A stretch of DNA of 39,937 nt from NCBI RefSeq assembly GCF_000181795.1, contig NW_003526945.1, positions 4,314,313-4,354,249 on the forward strand, given 5' to 3'. The notes beneath the pieces are model-generated. The model had not been told where the DNA came from. It searched no databases and saw only the letters and a program-made list of their open reading frames with translations. Position 1 is the stretch's first letter; every line of letters begins with the position of its first letter. A program made the translations under genes and the position numbers. Shown in pieces: positions 39,435-39,937 of this stretch. This DNA comes from Trichinella spiralis (taxonomy: Eukaryota).

Positions 39435-39937
39435 ATTCCCTTCGGGGAATTGTGTTTTAGGAATTGGAATCGGTTTGGTTACGATCGGTCGAGTGGTTCG
39501 TGAGATCGAGTGACAGCCGGGTGGCAGCGACAATGTGTAGTGCAAAGACACCAGCCTTGAAGTCGGGTCGCCGTCGCGGAAAAGAGGTCAACTATGAAGG
39601 CCAAATTGTACGGGTAGAAAGACGGCGTGGATCTCGCAGTAGTACGAGCGCAACGGACCTTGGTACGAGGATGGTTACGCGTGGGCGAAAGAAGCTGATG
39701 GAGGCGTCGGTTCGTGAAGCGGGTCACCACGGAGGTGAATCGGCGAGTACTGTGGACGTCGACGTGGTGGAATCGAAGAAAATTACGGGTAAAACGGCGC
39801 GCCGTAATAGAAGAGCGCCAAGCGGTGATGGAAAAAGACGAGAGAGCTGTGGTGCGGAATGTGGCCAAGCCGTATGCGGTAACGCTGTTGCGGACCGTAG
39901 TGAGGCCAGTTCGCCCCGCACTCCCAACGTTAGTAAA
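39301..39937 (+). mobile_element. 5' end of a probable Utopia (U2-targeting, restriction-like-endonuclease) non-LTR retrotransposon, truncated by the window edge
   Basis: Abrupt shift to GC-rich sequence and a long intronless ORF directly downstream of U2 on the same strand. Utopia elements are known to insert into U2 genes, and this 5' region and N-terminus resemble my recollection of the Trichinella Utopia family. RT and endonuclease domains are outside the window, and the 5' boundary is inferred. Confidence 0.7.
39533..39937 (+). CDS. N-terminal 135 aa of the putative retroelement ORF (basic, low complexity); partial
   Basis: ATG at 39533, MCSAKTPALKSGRRRGKEVNYEGQIVRVERRRGSRSS...SSPRTPNVSK, stop-free to the window end. 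It is missing from the ORF track because there is no stop. Confidence 0.75.
   Translation, partial: MCSAKTPALKSGRRRGKEVNYEGQIVRVERRRGSRSSTSATDLGTRMVTRGRKKLMEASVREAGHHGGESASTVDVDVVESKKITGKTARRNRRAPSGDGKRRESCGAECGQAVCGNAVADRSEASSPRTPNVSK

Noticed and set aside
39297..39927. Minus-strand ORFs of 84, 129 and 67 aa
   Set aside because: Antisense to U2 and to the plus-strand ORF in GC-rich sequence.

Overview
AT-rich eukaryotic genomic DNA with many short GT-AG introns. It is most consistent with a basal (Dorylaimia) nematode such as Trichinella; this is an inference from composition, gene content and the U2-linked element. Hand-spliced genes, in order: a two-exon RMRFamide neuropeptide precursor (FLP-27/NPF-like, +), an apparently C-terminally truncated VPS13-family gene (-), a synaptotagmin-like single-C2 protein lacking most Ca2+ ligands (-), an M6/proteolipid gene nmgp-1 (+, GC-AG intron), a probable decayed PHD-JmjC (PHF8/KDM7-like) pseudogene that retains a TATA/CCAAT promoter (-), a propeller-less FANCB-like gene (+), ric-8 (-), full-length GAK/auxilin (+), PUSL1 (+) and PDHA1 (-). 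The window ends with a structurally complete U2 snRNA followed by a UUCG hairpin, a 3' splice acceptor and a GC-rich intronless ORF running off the edge. This matches the U2-targeting Utopia non-LTR retrotransposon and raises the possibility that the element rebuilds the U2 gene it inserts into. All homology calls come from recalled motifs; no searches were run.
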